DNA of 64,000 nucleotides from positions 111,292,001 through 111,356,000 of the forward strand of contig NC_087437.1 of the NCBI RefSeq assembly GCF_036321535.1. Direction: 5' to 3'. Source of the stretch: Camelus dromedarius. Taxonomy: Eukaryota. How positions within the stretch are numbered: the first letter of the stretch is position 1; each line of letters opens with the position of its first letter. This document shows positions 23,805 to 36,290 of this stretch, piece by piece. Position numbers and translations under genes: made by a program. Below the pieces are notes generated by a model. The model was not told the origin of the DNA. It saw only the letters and a program-made list of their open reading frames with translations, and ran no database searches.

Positions 23805-23979
23805 CTGTGGTTCTTAGCTGGGCCGTACATTCGAATCCCCGGGGAGCGTTTGAACATCCGGATGCCCAGGCCGCACTTTGAACTGATTCTGTGGAATCTC
23901 AAGGGGTGGGGGTGGGGTTCAGTATTTTTTTAAAGCTCCCTGGACGATTCCCTTGAACAGTCAAGGTTGGAAACCACTG
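23805..23979. mobile_element. MER5-like hAT MITE
   Basis: Termini ctgtggttctta...ttggaaaccactg; internal gatgcccaggcc and tttttaaagctccc. Confidence 0.75.
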
Positions 23980-25349
23980 GCAGAGCTCCAAAAGGCGAAA
24001 ACGAGATGCTGAAAAATGGAAGTGAAGGTAACACTGGGTATCAGAAGAAGAAAGTAAGATGAGGAACTGCAAAAAGTGTCAGATGGAATCAAGCCTTTCC
24101 AGGCAGTTGTCCTTGGTGGCTGGATGCTACCTACCTAGAACATACCTGAGAGAAAATACCAAGGTTCTTTGATTTCAGGGTAAAGACTTGTATCATATTA
24201 TCCCAAATTTGGACCCCAGATACACGCTTGTTAAGAGAATATGCCTGGGAAATTCAGATCCGGGGTCTGGAGCCCGGTGCCCCCAGGGACCCTCATTTGC
24301 TGTTTTGTTGAGTGCGGCTCCTCTGCCTTCTCAGTGATTTTCCATGGAAAACGGAACCCACTTCCATTTCCCCTCCAGAGCCTCTTCCATGTGCCTGAGT
24401 CCCCCTGCCACCAGAGCGTCTCCTGGGACACCCAGGAATTCCTTCATTTGAGGAGAAATCAGAAAGGGACCCGCCCTCCATGCTCAGTGGGAGGCAGGTG
24501 GCCTGTCCACTGCCTCTTCCCTCTTCTGACCCATAAGTTTTCACCCTGATTCCACAAGCCTCACATGTCACTGGAGAAGGAAGGTCTCCTGGGTCTTTGA
24601 GAGGCATTGAGGGGCCGGGGGGTGGTGACTGAACACTGCTCTGGGCTCCTTGGTGACAGCAGGAAGTAATTGGGACACGACCCAGGCCAACCTGGTGATG
24701 CAGGTGATGGGGTACAGAGCTGCCAGATGCCACGTGTAAAAGTGGCTGCCCCAAGTGTGGAGGTGGGCAAGGTGTGGAGCTGGGGAGTGGTGAGGCTGAC
24801 CGATCTAGACAGAGTCTGGAGGATGGCATGGTTCAGGGAGGCAGAGGAGACACTTTGATGACAGAGAAACTGTCAAAGATGACGGAGCAGCCGGAGACCC
24901 AGGAGGGAAGGGTGCCCAGGAGGACACAGTTAAGGTCAAGTATAAAACGGTCTGTGGTGACAACTGAGCAGTTAGACGTCCTGGAGGAAGTGGCAAAGGC
25001 AGAAAAGAGATCGCGTGTATTTGGGGGAGTGACGACAGGGAGCATAGGTCTCTGGCAATGATGAGGAGAGGATGTGGCTTCTGCTTGGAGATGTGGGGTT
25101 GGGGAGGATCCGCGGTGGGGGAAGAGGAAGGAACACCAGGGGTGAGTGGGGAGGGGTGTGCATTCAGAGCAGCCTGAGTGGGCCTCGCCTTGACCCCAGG
25201 CTGGAGGTGAGCCTTTGGAGGGGGATGTGCAGCCTGGGGCTGAGCTGCAAGCACACACATGGCTTTTAGGTGGAGATGGTGTAGGGGCCAGGCTCCCCTG
25301 AGCCCCAGACGCCTCTGGCCAATTGCTAACTAAGCCTCCTCTTGCATAA

Positions 25350-26210
25350 GCAAGATGTCTCAAATCTAGCACACCTGGAACCACCTCTCTCCTGACCCCT
25401 AGTCTCTGTCTCCAAATGGCAGCCCCGCCCTCAGTACAGGGCAGAAACCCGGGAGTCCTTTTGATTCCTTGCCCTCACCCTGAGAAGCAGCACCGCCCCC
25501 ACTCTCTCCATCCCCATTCTCCCCTCTTGCCTGGACCGCTGCCACAGCCTCCTAACTGGTCTCCCTCCTTCCCCACGACTGCCTGGCACTCTGTCCTCCA
25601 CACACTAGCCAGAGTGAGCTATTCACACTCAAGTCAGACCGTGTCACTTCCCTGCTCGAAACTTTCAAAGGCTTCTTTCCATATCCTGGAAGGCAAACTC
25701 TGTGACGTGGCCACCATGTCCCGGATTGGACCGGCTTCTGTCAGCTCCTCCAGTCTCCTCTCCCAGCCCCATCCACCCCTCACATCCCCAGCCCCAGCCC
25801 TGCTTCTTGCTTTGTGCTCTGTCCAATGGGTCTTCTAACTTCTGTGCTCTCTTGGCTGCCAGGACTGTGCACGCCCTGTTCCCTCTTCCAGAATGTTCTC
25901 CCCACCCCTTTCTGCTGAGTTGATGTCTATATATCTTCAGATCCCAAGGCAGGCTCCTGTTCTCCTGGATCTCTGCCATTGTCTGACCTCTGCCATTAGA
26001 TTGCACCCCTCCAGTGCGGGCTGTCACACCACGTTCTGCATCCTGGGGCTTGTCCCATTGGCAGGGTTTCATTTGTTTAGGGACTATTTGAATGTCTCTT
26101 TCCCACTCTGGACTGTGAGTTCTTAAGAGCAGAGAAAGTCCCTAGAGCCCCCACAAAGCCTGGCATGCAGCAGGGGCTCAAGAAAAAATTTGCTAAATCA
26201 ACAAAAGAAA
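25350..26210 (+). mobile_element. L2 3' region
   Basis: cagcctcctaactggtctccct...gactgtgagttctt...gcctggcatgcagcaggggctcaagaaaaaatttgctaaat. Confidence 0.75.
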
Positions 26211-27580
26211 TAATCGAGTTGACTTTGACCCAAGTCTCAGAAAAATAGAATTGAGCCAGCGCCTGGAGAAGCTTGAACATGCCAGGTGGGACATCTAACT
26301 TGATCAAGGTAGAGGCACTGCTTGCACTATAGTACACAGATTGAACCCTCATCCCCTGATGGCCATGCCCTACGGCAGGGAGGGACTTCTTACAGTCATT
26401 TGTACTGTGGGCAGTCACCTTGGCTGGGGCCCGGGGTTTGCAGAATTCACTCTTAGGCTCCCCTGCCTCTTGCTTTGCATTTGACCTTTTAGGGCCTCAG
26501 GTAATAATGCAAACTGAGATATACCACGTGCCCCCACGTGTGTGCCCCGGGTGGCCTCTAAGCCACTTGGCTGATGCCCATGTCCTTCGTCGCTCTGGTA
26601 CCTGACCCGGCTCATGTGTTCAAACGTGTCGGAGCCACGATGGAAAAGGGGCCCCCTTTTTTTCCATCCAGCTTATTTTTCTCAGCTGATTATTTCTTTT
26701 GGCCCCAAAACACATGGTAAGCATTTTCAAACATTTGTTGAAATATTTAATGGTTAGGGTTTGAATAGGAACGCTAGTGGGAAAATAGCATTTCAGTTTT
26801 CTATGATCCATTTGTTTTCTCCAAACTGCAGCGATCCTTGTGCTAATTAAATTACAGGCTATGACTAGATTATCCAACTCGGCTCTGTTGGAACCTAGAA
26901 AGTGGAATGGGGCCAGTTAGAAAAGGTGGTAAGAAAGTCTGAAGGAGGCCAGGTTTCCCAGGTGAAGCCCACTCAGAGCCTCTGTGGGTTTCCTTCCAGT
27001 TCCCATCAGCGGTCCCGGAGGAGAAGCCACCAGGCGGCAGGGGAGCCGGGGTGGGGAGCAGGAGCAGTGGACAGAAGTTCAAGGTTGCACACAGACGGGC
27101 TCTGGGGCCGTGTCCAGGCATCGAGGTCATGTGATGGCCTCTTTCTTCTTCTCAATTCCAGTTCTTTTTCTCCTAGGAGACAAAGGAGCCAAATTAAGTT
27201 GAATTAAAAAACTTCCCTTGGGATGACAGTGCTGTCAGTTTACGACTTGAACACTTTCTCTACCTCTTCTTCCTGTAACAGGCAGAGTGTGTCTGGAAAC
27301 ATGACACACTTGTCTCATCGAAGAGCACCATGGGCATGTGACGCCTCTGAGACTCCTTTCCCTAAAACAGAGGCCCTTGAGGACTGTGGGGGTCATGGAA
27401 GGGTGGTCATCACTTTTAAACTGGTTTATTGAAGCCACAGAGAGCCATTTTTGTTCAAGTTTTTAAAAATAATGCTGATTTGTAGGAAACTGTACAGTAG
27501 CACGAGGAGGGCTTCTCTGTAGTGTCAAAGCAATATTGCAGTTTGGGAAGAAAAGGGGTGCCGAGGGTGGCGGAGGGACC

Positions 27581-28135
27581 GTATGAGTTTGCTCCGGCGG
27601 CCATAACAAAGTCCCCCACACTGAGTGCCTCAAACAAAGGAATGTGGCATCTCACAGGTCTATAGGCAAGAAGTCCAAGGTTGAGATGTCGGCAGGGTTG
27701 GTTCCCCTGAAGGCTCTGGGAGGGATCTCTTTCATGCCTCCCTAGCTTCTGGTGGTTTGCTGGCCACCTTTGGTTCCTCGACTTGCAGAAGCATCAGCCC
27801 GATCTCTACCTGCATCTTCACATCGTGTTCTGTGTGTGTGTGTGTGTGTCTGCGATCAGTTTCCTCTTTCTATAAGGGTACCAGTCACACTGCATTAGAA
27901 CCCACCCAGATGACTTCACCTTAACTTGACTACCTCTGTAAAGGTAACATGAACAATTACTCTTCTCAAAGGCAAAGGAGAGTGAGCTTTCACACCCCTC
28001 CAACTCCCCTCCACCCCCACTCCCGTCCCCAGGCTTCAAAGGGGATGTGACAGGCCTGTCTTGACCCTGTCTTCAAGCAAGGTCACATTCTGAGGTCTAG
28101 GGCTTAGGATTCCAACATACGCATTTTGGGGGACT
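27581..28135 (-). mobile_element. MaLR LTR (MLT1C-like) with a 120-bp internal insert
   Basis: gccataacaaag...aagtccaaggttgagatgtcggcagggttggtt...aaggtcacattctgagg. Confidence 0.85.
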
Positions 28136-28249
28136 ATAAACACTTAAAGGGGACTATAAGTTTAAAGGTAAAGTATTACAATGTTGGCTTTGTATCTTAT
28201 TGCAGAATTTGTACAAATTTTAAAAATAAATTTTGGAATCAGGTCAAGC

Positions 28250-28455
28250 TGTGCTGTTAGAAATCAGAATGGTAGTTACCTTTGGGGACGGGGCGAGGAC
28301 ATGGGGCACAAGGGACTTCCAGGTGCCCGCTCGGTTCTGTTTCTTCATCAGGGTGCCATTTCCATACATGCTTCTGCTGTTTGAGAAAACACTGAACTAC
28401 TTACTGGTCATCAAAGCGCCCCCTCTATTACGTGTCCTAGACTTTAATAAAAACC
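28250..28455 (+). mobile_element. Old L1 (L1ME-like) 3' end
   Basis: ttagaaatcagaatggtagttacctttgggg...gttctgtttctt...ctttaataaaaa. Confidence 0.6.
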
Positions 28456-28645
28456 TTACCTAGAAAATCTATTCAGGGCAGGAATTAGGACATCTGATGC
28501 CTGCTTCCACCACTATTTGATTTCTTGTCTATAAATATTGAAATGAATAATCTTTCATCAGAGCTGTCAGTGGTAGGGGGTAGAGTTTAGGGAATAAACA
28601 ACAGGTGCAGCTTCTTGAATTGTTGAAAAATGCTGCTTTTTACAG

Positions 28646-28693
28646 GCCTCCCTGGACACCTGGACAAGAGACCTTGAATTTCATGCTGTACAG
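28646..28693 (+). CDS. HUNK: HUNK exon (48 bp): ASLDTWTRDLEFHAVQ
   Basis: Acceptor tgctttttacag|GCC, donor CAG|gtaaga; phase 0-0; matches recalled HUNK sequence. Confidence 0.93.
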
Positions 28694-28717
28694 GTAAGAA
28701 CTAGGGGGTTGTGATGG

Positions 28718-29069
28718 ACAGTCAGAGTTCTCCAGAGAAACAGATCCAAAAGGGTGTGTGTGTGTATGTGTGTGTGTGTGTGTGATGCCTGGACACCCAG
28801 GGAAGAGTTGATGTTTCAGCTCGAGTCCCAGAGCCTTCTGGAAGCAGAATTTGTTCCTCAGGACACTCCGTCTTTTTCTCTTAAGGCTTTCAACTGACTC
28901 CATGAAGCCCACCCAGATTGTGGAGGGTAGTCTGCTTAACTCAAAAAGCCTGCTGATTTAAATGTTAATCACATTTAAAACATACCTTCACTGCAACGTG
29001 TAGACTGGGGTTTGACCAGACACAGGGTACCCTGGCCTAGCCAACTTGGCACATGAACGCAGCCATCAC
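28718..29069 (-). mobile_element. ERVL LTR (MLT2-like) starting about 25 nt after the 48-bp exon
   Basis: agtcagagttctccagagaaacag...(GT)n...ctgatttaaatgttaatcacat...ggcctagccaacttggcacat...gccatcac. Confidence 0.85.
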
Positions 29070-32000
29070 TATGGCTCTGAAGGCTGGCGGATCTCTGCCC
29101 GGGGCTCTGGACTCTACACACCCTCATCTTGTCCAGAATTAAAACCTGCAGAATCCCGCTGTAAGTGGATTTATCAGAATCTCCTCGGATCAGACCAGTT
29201 CTTTCTATGTTTAGTTGACTTCTATTGTTTCTTTAAACTGTCTTGCTATAACTACACGCTTGGCTATGCGTTCATGTTTCTATCTGCATAGATGTGGGGG
29301 TTGCAGCAGTCCAGGGCTTCCCGGCTCAGTGGCCTAAGTTAAGAACCAAGCCCTCTTTTTCTCAACTCATTCGTGTGTTTCCTAAGGCAAAATCAGGCCT
29401 CTGTGGCTTTCCCTTATGTTATGGGCAGCAAGGAACCAAAATCAACGAACAAATGACAGCTGGGTCCCTGCGCCATCCCGGGTGTCCACAGTCCACATCT
29501 AGTTCTGATGCTCCAAACTGCCATGTGAGGTTGCCTCATCCGCACGGGGACCCCAGGCTCCAGAAAGCCCACACTGAGCCCGTCTTGATGGTTTCTCAAA
29601 GGGGACACTTTGAGACCCTCTGCCGCGCCATCACGCTCTGGGGTCAGCTCTTCGCTGTGCGAGGGGTGAGGGGGGCCCCTGCCCCCGCCCCCAGGCAGCA
29701 CTTCTTCCTACAGCCGGGGTGGGGGGGTGGGGGGGAGGAGCTCAGGAGGCATTGCCACATCTGTCCTTGTTAGATGGATGCCTTAGCCTTGCAGGCAATG
29801 AAGCAGGTGAGATGTGAGGTTCATTTGTATCCCCAAAGAGCTGGGAGGGACCCATCCTTTTGGTTACAGATGGGGAGGTGCAGCCCTCAAGGGGAAGTGA
29901 CTTGCCGAAGGTCACCTGACGATGCCTTCAGGAGCGAGACTGGGAAGGCAAGAGGAGGGGTCTCTCTGGAACCTGGAGTCGCAGGGAACAGTCTAGAGGC
30001 ACCAGCCTCCGGGAGCTCACGTCTCAGAGGCTGAGGACCGGCTTCCTCCTTGTTCAGGCTGCGGAACCTGCAGACCTCCCCCTCTAGGAGCCCAGTGGGT
30101 CATCCTCACTGGCTTCTTCCTCTCCTCCCTTAAACAGTCCATGACATCCAACACGTCTTGGGTAGATAATCCTTCACAGGGCCACACTTTCAAAGTGTCC
30201 AGTTTTGTAAATGTCCTTGCACATGTGTGGTGGGTGGAAAATGGTTTAAAGGAAACAAAAAGCTGTTTTGTGTGGGGCTTGCTTGCATCCGGTGTGTCAC
30301 GTGGTCTCCTCTTGGCTCTGCCTTGAGGGTGCGGGATGAGTGCTGGCGGGGGCAAAGAAGACCCCCAAACTGGCAGCTTCAGCTCCATTGCCCACCGACA
30401 GGTGCACGTGGGTGAGGGGTGCACTGCCCACCCGTGAGAATCAGCAGGACACCAAAGAGGCCTGCAGGCAGCCAGCGTTGCTGGGCGGGGCGCGGGAGTG
30501 GGTGCAGGCCTGTCGAAGGGGGAACATAATTAGTCCTTCTGAAGATCTGTTTCTGTTACATAAGGCAATTTAGCATCCTGCTCCCTCGGAAACCTCCTTT
30601 GGAGAAAATAGGCCATGCAAATGAAAAGGTAAAACTGGATGATCGGTTGCATTTGTAACCTGTGTCTGGAAGACAGGAGGTTGGCTGCTTGTAAACAAAC
30701 CTGTGTCCTGCGGGCTGGTGATCCTTCCATGTGGACTGACCCAGGGGTTTGTCCCCTGCAGGGAGCGGTCAGGTGATGAACTCTTGGCATCCCCCTAGAA
30801 AACTGGTCACTATGAAGTCAGCCATCCTTTTAAGCTGGAGAAGGGTGCTCTGGAGGGTTTTGGAGGAAGCACCAGGGTTCAAGACCCTGGGGTTAGTAAG
30901 TTCAGCAGGGGGGCCTAGGCAGGGCTTCCCGGAATCTTTAGTCCTAATAAATCCACATACCCATTCTTCTGCCCGCATCTGGGCTTTCTACTGGTTGCCA
31001 AATACCCCTTGGTCAGTTACAGCAGAGACTTCTAGAACCAAGCTTGGTCTATTTCTGCAGAAGAATCATTCTTGGACACCTTTTGATTCATGAACTCTGG
31101 GTGGTGATACTGGCCCCTTAAAAGTTTGTATCTTGATCCTCCAGCGTGAGGACCCAAGGAGACTTGGGAAGGAGCTGAGGTGAATGCAGGGAGCCACGCA
31201 GGAAGCCCTCTAGGTGTGGGGACCGCAGAGCAGCCCGAAGGACGGAGTGCTCATCCTTCTAAAAAGCACCCTTAGACAGGATGGAGGGAGGGGAACACTC
31301 AGTTTTGTTTTTTCTTCCAAATGCTGTTTTATAACGTATCACCAAAGTACATTTGATTTCTTTTTTCATGTTTAAGATGTAAACAGGTAGAACGAATGAG
31401 TTTTCTCATAAAAACAGAGATAGGAAGAACGGAGCCAAAGGATGGAATTCTGCCAGACTTTTTGGGACAGGAATGTGGGGAGGGGGCAACGTGAAAACTC
31501 ACTCTCCTTTGCCGTAGAGAAGGGGGCCTGTTCATGTTTGGTAGATACAGGGAGAGGAAGGTGGTGGAGAACTGTGCTTGGCCTTGACCAAGATGACCAG
31601 GAGCAGATGTCCCCTTTCCCCTTCATAGCATCCTGCACATGGCCCCCACCCCCTGTAGCATCCTGGATACTGACCTGTAGCCCTCGAACTACAATGTGGT
31701 CCCTGCCCATGGCCAGTCGCTGTGTCCAGCCTCTCTCTCCACCCCTGGTACTGCCTGGCCCTGCCCCAGGCTTCCAGAAGGCAGCGTGGAGTCAAGGGTT
31801 CAGAACACGGACTTTCAGGGAGGAAGGTGAAAATCTGGGATGTTGTCTGGCTCCTACGTGAATGATTTAACCACTGCAGGGTCCTCTGGAAGAGGGGAGG
31901 ACAGGATTTGCCTCATCGTGGGTCCTGCCAGAGCAGCATCTGGCATTCAGGCATCCTCAGTGAAGGCATCGGTGGCTGTTCAGATGCCGGAGGGGAGGCA

Positions 32001-33211
32001 TTTGTGGAAGTGTCACCCCTCTTTTCCTCCCGCCTCACCCCCGCGTGACGAGCCACCTCAGCCAAGGCCCAGGCTCCTGGGAGCTGCTGTCCCCATGGTG
32101 ACACTCAAAGCTGGGCTGGGGGTCCCCACTTCCCTTCTCTTCCCTGCTGTTCTTTCCCACTCAAAACCCCGGCATAATGAACCCCAATCCAAAAAAGCTT
32201 TGAAAATCCTCATTAGAAAGGGCTCTGCAAGTGCAGGGAGATGTTTCCTTGAGAAGCTTTTCAACAACATCCATGAAAAATAGATGAGCTCTCTTGAATT
32301 GCAAATGCTCTTAAAGTTTAAGGCAAAAATGTGAAAATCTGTCTCCCCTTTGCCCCGTCCCCCCTCACTCGGGGTGAGGTCAGGGATTGGGTTGCCTCCG
32401 TTTACCAGCAAGCATCAAACACGATCTTTAGGGCCAGGAAAAAAACTTCTTAGTGGCATCACCCTTCCCAGAAGCTTGAACTCAATTCATTTTAATTCAG
32501 TTCAGCTTCCACTGGCTTTTTTGTTTTTGTTTTTCAATATTTCAATAACTGTTTATTACACTTTCTCTCCGTGCCTTGGCTTTATGCCAGAGGCTGTGGG
32601 GTTGAAGATTTAGAAAACAGTCAGATTCACTCCCATCAGACATTCTAATTGAGTTCAGTCAAGGTAAGACTGACAGCGCAAACGCTGAATCGAGCCAGTT
32701 TAAGTACACGAGTAAGTGCCCCACGACCAGAGGTGGGAAAGGGGTCAGAAACTCACCCAGGCTGGCTCCGGGCTCCGGGGGGCTGTTGTCCACCCCCTCG
32801 GATTGACTAAACACACCAACACTGAGGTTAAGATGGAAGCGGTTATGTTTCCTTTGCAAAGCTGCCTTTGCAAAACCACTGCTGTGGGCAGAATCTTAGG
32901 GCCCTGCTTTCAGTAAGACGGCAGATTTCCTCAGGTCCTCATCTGCTTTGCCTCGGTTTGTTCAGTGTGTTCTGGAGTCACTGACCGCCCAGGGATGACC
33001 TTGTCCTTGTTGGAACACCTTGAAACAGCACAGTGCAGACAGCGAGGGACGACTGAAGCCTGCTGTGCCCAGAGAGAGGGAGGCGGGTTCCCCGGAGCAT
33101 CACTGGGCCTCGGCCCTTCTGTTGTTCAACATGCAGCTAAGAGCACTGTGTTTTGAAAAACTGGGGTTTCTTAACTCTACTTCGATAACTTTTTATTTTT
33201 CAAGGTGTGGC

Positions 33212-33432
33212 TTTTTTAAAAAATTGAAGTATAGTTGATTTATAATGTTTCAGGTGTACATCAGAGTGAGTCAGTTATACATACATTTTTTTCAGATTTT
33301 TTTCCATTATGGGTTATTACAAGATATTGACTGTAATTCCCTGTGCTATATAGTAGGTCCTTGTTGTTTATCTATTTTATGTATAATAGTGCATATCTAT
33401 TTATGCCAAATTCCTAATTTATCCCTTCCCCC
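33212..33432 (-). mobile_element. Younger L1 3' end (cetartiodactyl-type)
   Basis: aattgaagtatagttgattta...ttccctgtgctatatagtaggtccttgttgtttatctatttt. Confidence 0.85.
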
Positions 33433-33505
33433 AACTCTTCAAAGAGGAATCACATTGTATATTCTTGTGTGCATCTGAGTACATATGTTTCCTTCTGATT
33501 TGAAG

Positions 33506-33686
33506 GATAAAAAGCCCAAAGAACAAGAAAAAAGAGGGGACTTTCTTCATCGGCCATTTTCCAAGAAGCTGGACAAGAACCTGCCACCACACAAACAGCC
33601 CTCAGCCTCGCTCCTCACGCAGACTCAGAACACCAGGGCCCTGCTGAAGGACCGGAAGGCCGCCAAGCCCGGCTTCCCCGACAAAG
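33506..33686 (+). CDS. HUNK: HUNK exon (181 bp): DKKPKEQEKRGDFLHRPFSKKLDKNLPPHKQPSASLLTQTQNTRALLKDRKAAKPGFPDK
   Basis: Acceptor ttccttctgatttgaag|GAT, donor AAAG|gtgcgt; phase 0-1. Confidence 0.94.
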
Positions 33687-34424
33687 GTGCGTCAGCCCCG
33701 GGGTCTCTGGCCAGGCCACTCGTGTTCAGCGACGTGGCTGTGTGGGCCCCCGGGACAGACCCATTCTCATGCCCGTGGGAAAGCAGAGTTAACACATGTG
33801 AGGTACCCAAGGACAATCAGGGTCCATGCGGCATGGTGCTGGCCACCTGTGCAGGCAGGACTTGGGAAAGTGGAGATGGTGTGCACGGTATTGAGGACAG
33901 GTCTTTGTTACATGGAAGGGGGTGGCATGGGAGAGATCATGGGGTTCAGTACAATCCCTTTGTTTTAAATAGAAGTGACTGAGGTTCAGAGAGGGCCCTG
34001 GCTGTCTGACACCAACCAGCGGTTCCCTGGGGAAGCAGGAAAGTGCTGGGGAGGCTGAAGCAGCCCCGAGCGGCACGGGTCTGCGGACACTGAGACACTG
34101 GCTCTCACCCGGAAAGGACAACCCCGCTTGGTCCAGTTTTGTCCTGCAGGTCTCACTGGAGGGCCTGTGCTTGTCCCTCCTTGGGAGATTCTCCTTTCTG
34201 GCTTTGGGACCAGCAGCGAATCTGGGCCCTTGACAGCGGCGTCCTGTGGAAATACCCGCAAGAAAGTCTAGATCACTGCTGTGTATTTGGGATAAATGTG
34301 CGGCCTCAGAGGTGGAGTCCATTCCTTGGTACCTTCCCAGGCCAACAGTCTTCTGTTTCTTTGTGTTTTTCCTTCCTCCTGGGAGTTGAGAGCCTGTTGG
34401 CTTAGAACAGCCCGGAGATGGTAT

Positions 34425-34600
34425 AACTGCTAACACTGACCACTCACTGTGTGGCAGGCGCTGTTTCAACTCTTACCTCAACCCGGTGAGATCATTCTCA
34501 CCCCCATTTCTAGAGACGAGGAAACAGCAGAGAGCTGTCCGAAGTCGGAGAGCTGGGAAGTGATGGAGTCCAGGTTCCCAAACGCGCAGCCTGGCTCTCG
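34425..34600. mobile_element. MIR SINE
   Basis: cccccatttctagagacgaggaaacagcagag core. Confidence 0.6.
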
Positions 34601-35369
34601 GGCTTTCCCTCCAGGCCTGTGTAGCCTACGGCCTCCCGGGAGGGCGGGGCGAAGAGGAGCTGGCATCGTGCTCAAGGGTCGGGCCGGTGTCCACGCCCTC
34701 CTTGCTGGGAAGGATGCAGGGTCTGGTCGGTGCCCCGGGGCTGACTCTGATGGGGGAGATTTGTAGGGCGAGTGTGTGAGGCAGCCTCCCAGGATCTACA
34801 GGTGTGGGAAGGTGAAGGGAGCAGGGCTGGGCGGAGGGACAAGCTGGGCTGCAAGGTGGGAGCACGCGCATCTCAGGGAGAGGGGAGGGGCGCCCGTGCC
34901 AGCTGGAAGCCTGGAAGACGTTAGCCGTCAATGAAATCTTACTTCTTCCTGCCGGTGAAGCTCAGGCATCTGTGCTGGCCTGAGGAGGAGGTTTATTTCG
35001 GGATCCGTGTGTTTATTTATGTAAGGCGAGGAGGATTCCCAGTGCCCTTGGCTGCCCCTGAAATCACTCCCGGTGGTGGCAGCTTGTTCCTGCCACTCGG
35101 CCCCGACGGGGCCTGTAAAATGTGACGGTAAAACAAGGCAGCTGACACAGAGCCTGTTCCCCAGGAACTTGGCTTTACTTCCCTTGGCTCCACATTCGTG
35201 GGGATTTTCCCTTTCTTTTCTGGCAGAATCTGCAAACCTAGATTCTAGTCTATGCCAACTTGAGATGGAAGCCATGGGGATTGGCTGGTTGCCCTAAATA
35301 TATAGATGGAAGAGTGTTTCTCCCTTGTTCAGAACTAGATGAGGCTCCGGGGAGACCAAAAGTCATGAG

Positions 35370-35669
35370 GGAGTTCTCAAAAAGGAAGGGAACTCTGACC
35401 CCATGCTACAGCACCGGTGAACCCTGAGGACGTTACCTTCAGTGAAACAGGCCAGTCACGAAAGGACCAATATTGTAGATTCCACTCATATGAGGGACCT
35501 AGAGCAGTCAGATTCACAGACCGGTTGCCCCCGGCAACAGCTATTAGATTTGCAATGTGAAGAGTTCTGTTTCACAACAGTGTGAATGCAGTTAACACTA
35601 CTGAGCTCTGCACTTAAAAATGGTTGAGATGATAAACTTATGTTATGTATTTTTTACCATAATTAAAAA
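35370..35669 (+). mobile_element. L1MB-like 3' end, internally deleted, with perfect TSD
   Basis: gaaccctgaggacgtt...gccagtcacgaaaggac...cacttaaaaatggtt...A-tail; TSD aaaagtcatgag at 35358-35369 and 35670-35681. Confidence 0.85.
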
Positions 35670-35853
35670 AAAAGTCATGAGCAAAACCCTCCTTCCAGTT
35701 TTGATTACCTGAGGACCAAATTTGCAAGTCCTCAGCATGTTGGATTCCATGTCCTTCCAGCAGTTTTCTGGTCATTCTGTTGAGCCATGTGCCTTTATAT
35801 TTAAAGGTTCTTTGGTGGGGTCCAGAATTTTAAGCAACCAAAAGGAGAGCAGA

Positions 35854-36012
35854 GGGGGCTGGGGTATAATTTAGTGGTAGAGCACGTGCTTAGCATGCAT
35901 GAGGTCCTGGGTTCAATCCCCAGTATCTCCATTTTAAAAAAATTTAAAAAGCAATTTTTAAAAAGTAAATAAAAATTTTTTTAAAAACTTACTTTGAGGG
36001 GAAAAAAGAATT
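35854..36012 (+). mobile_element. tRNA-Ala-derived SINE with A/T-rich tail
   Basis: gggtataatttagtggtagagcacgtgcttagcatgcatgaggtcctgggttcaatcccc; TSD caaaaggagag at 35839-35849 and 36013-36023. Confidence 0.9.
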
Positions 36013-36290
36013 CAAAAGGAGAGTGGATGTTAAGCTGGTTCCACGAGGTGAATCGGAACCCAGGAGGCCTCCTGTCACCAGCCTTCTGTCCCCTCTGTTC
36101 TAGGACGACCATCTGGTTTCCCATAGGGTGAGTCAGATGCTGAGGCCGTTTGCTTCTCGGTTTCTCCTGGCCTCCCTGGGTAACTTCTCACTGTCTCAGT
36201 CACGCTGGAGGTCGGAGCAGGTGGCAGCAGGGCCGTTGGCCCTGTTGGTATAGCCATCTTCATGATTTCCTTTGCCTCCTTGATGTGCAG

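Noticed and set aside
33485..33982. 165-aa ORF extending on both sides of the 181-bp exon
   Set aside because: Only 33506-33686 resembles HUNK and is bounded by splice sites; the rest is chance intronic read-through.
33789..34469. 226-aa minus-strand ORF
   Set aside because: GC-rich intron, starts in a MIR, no coding signature.
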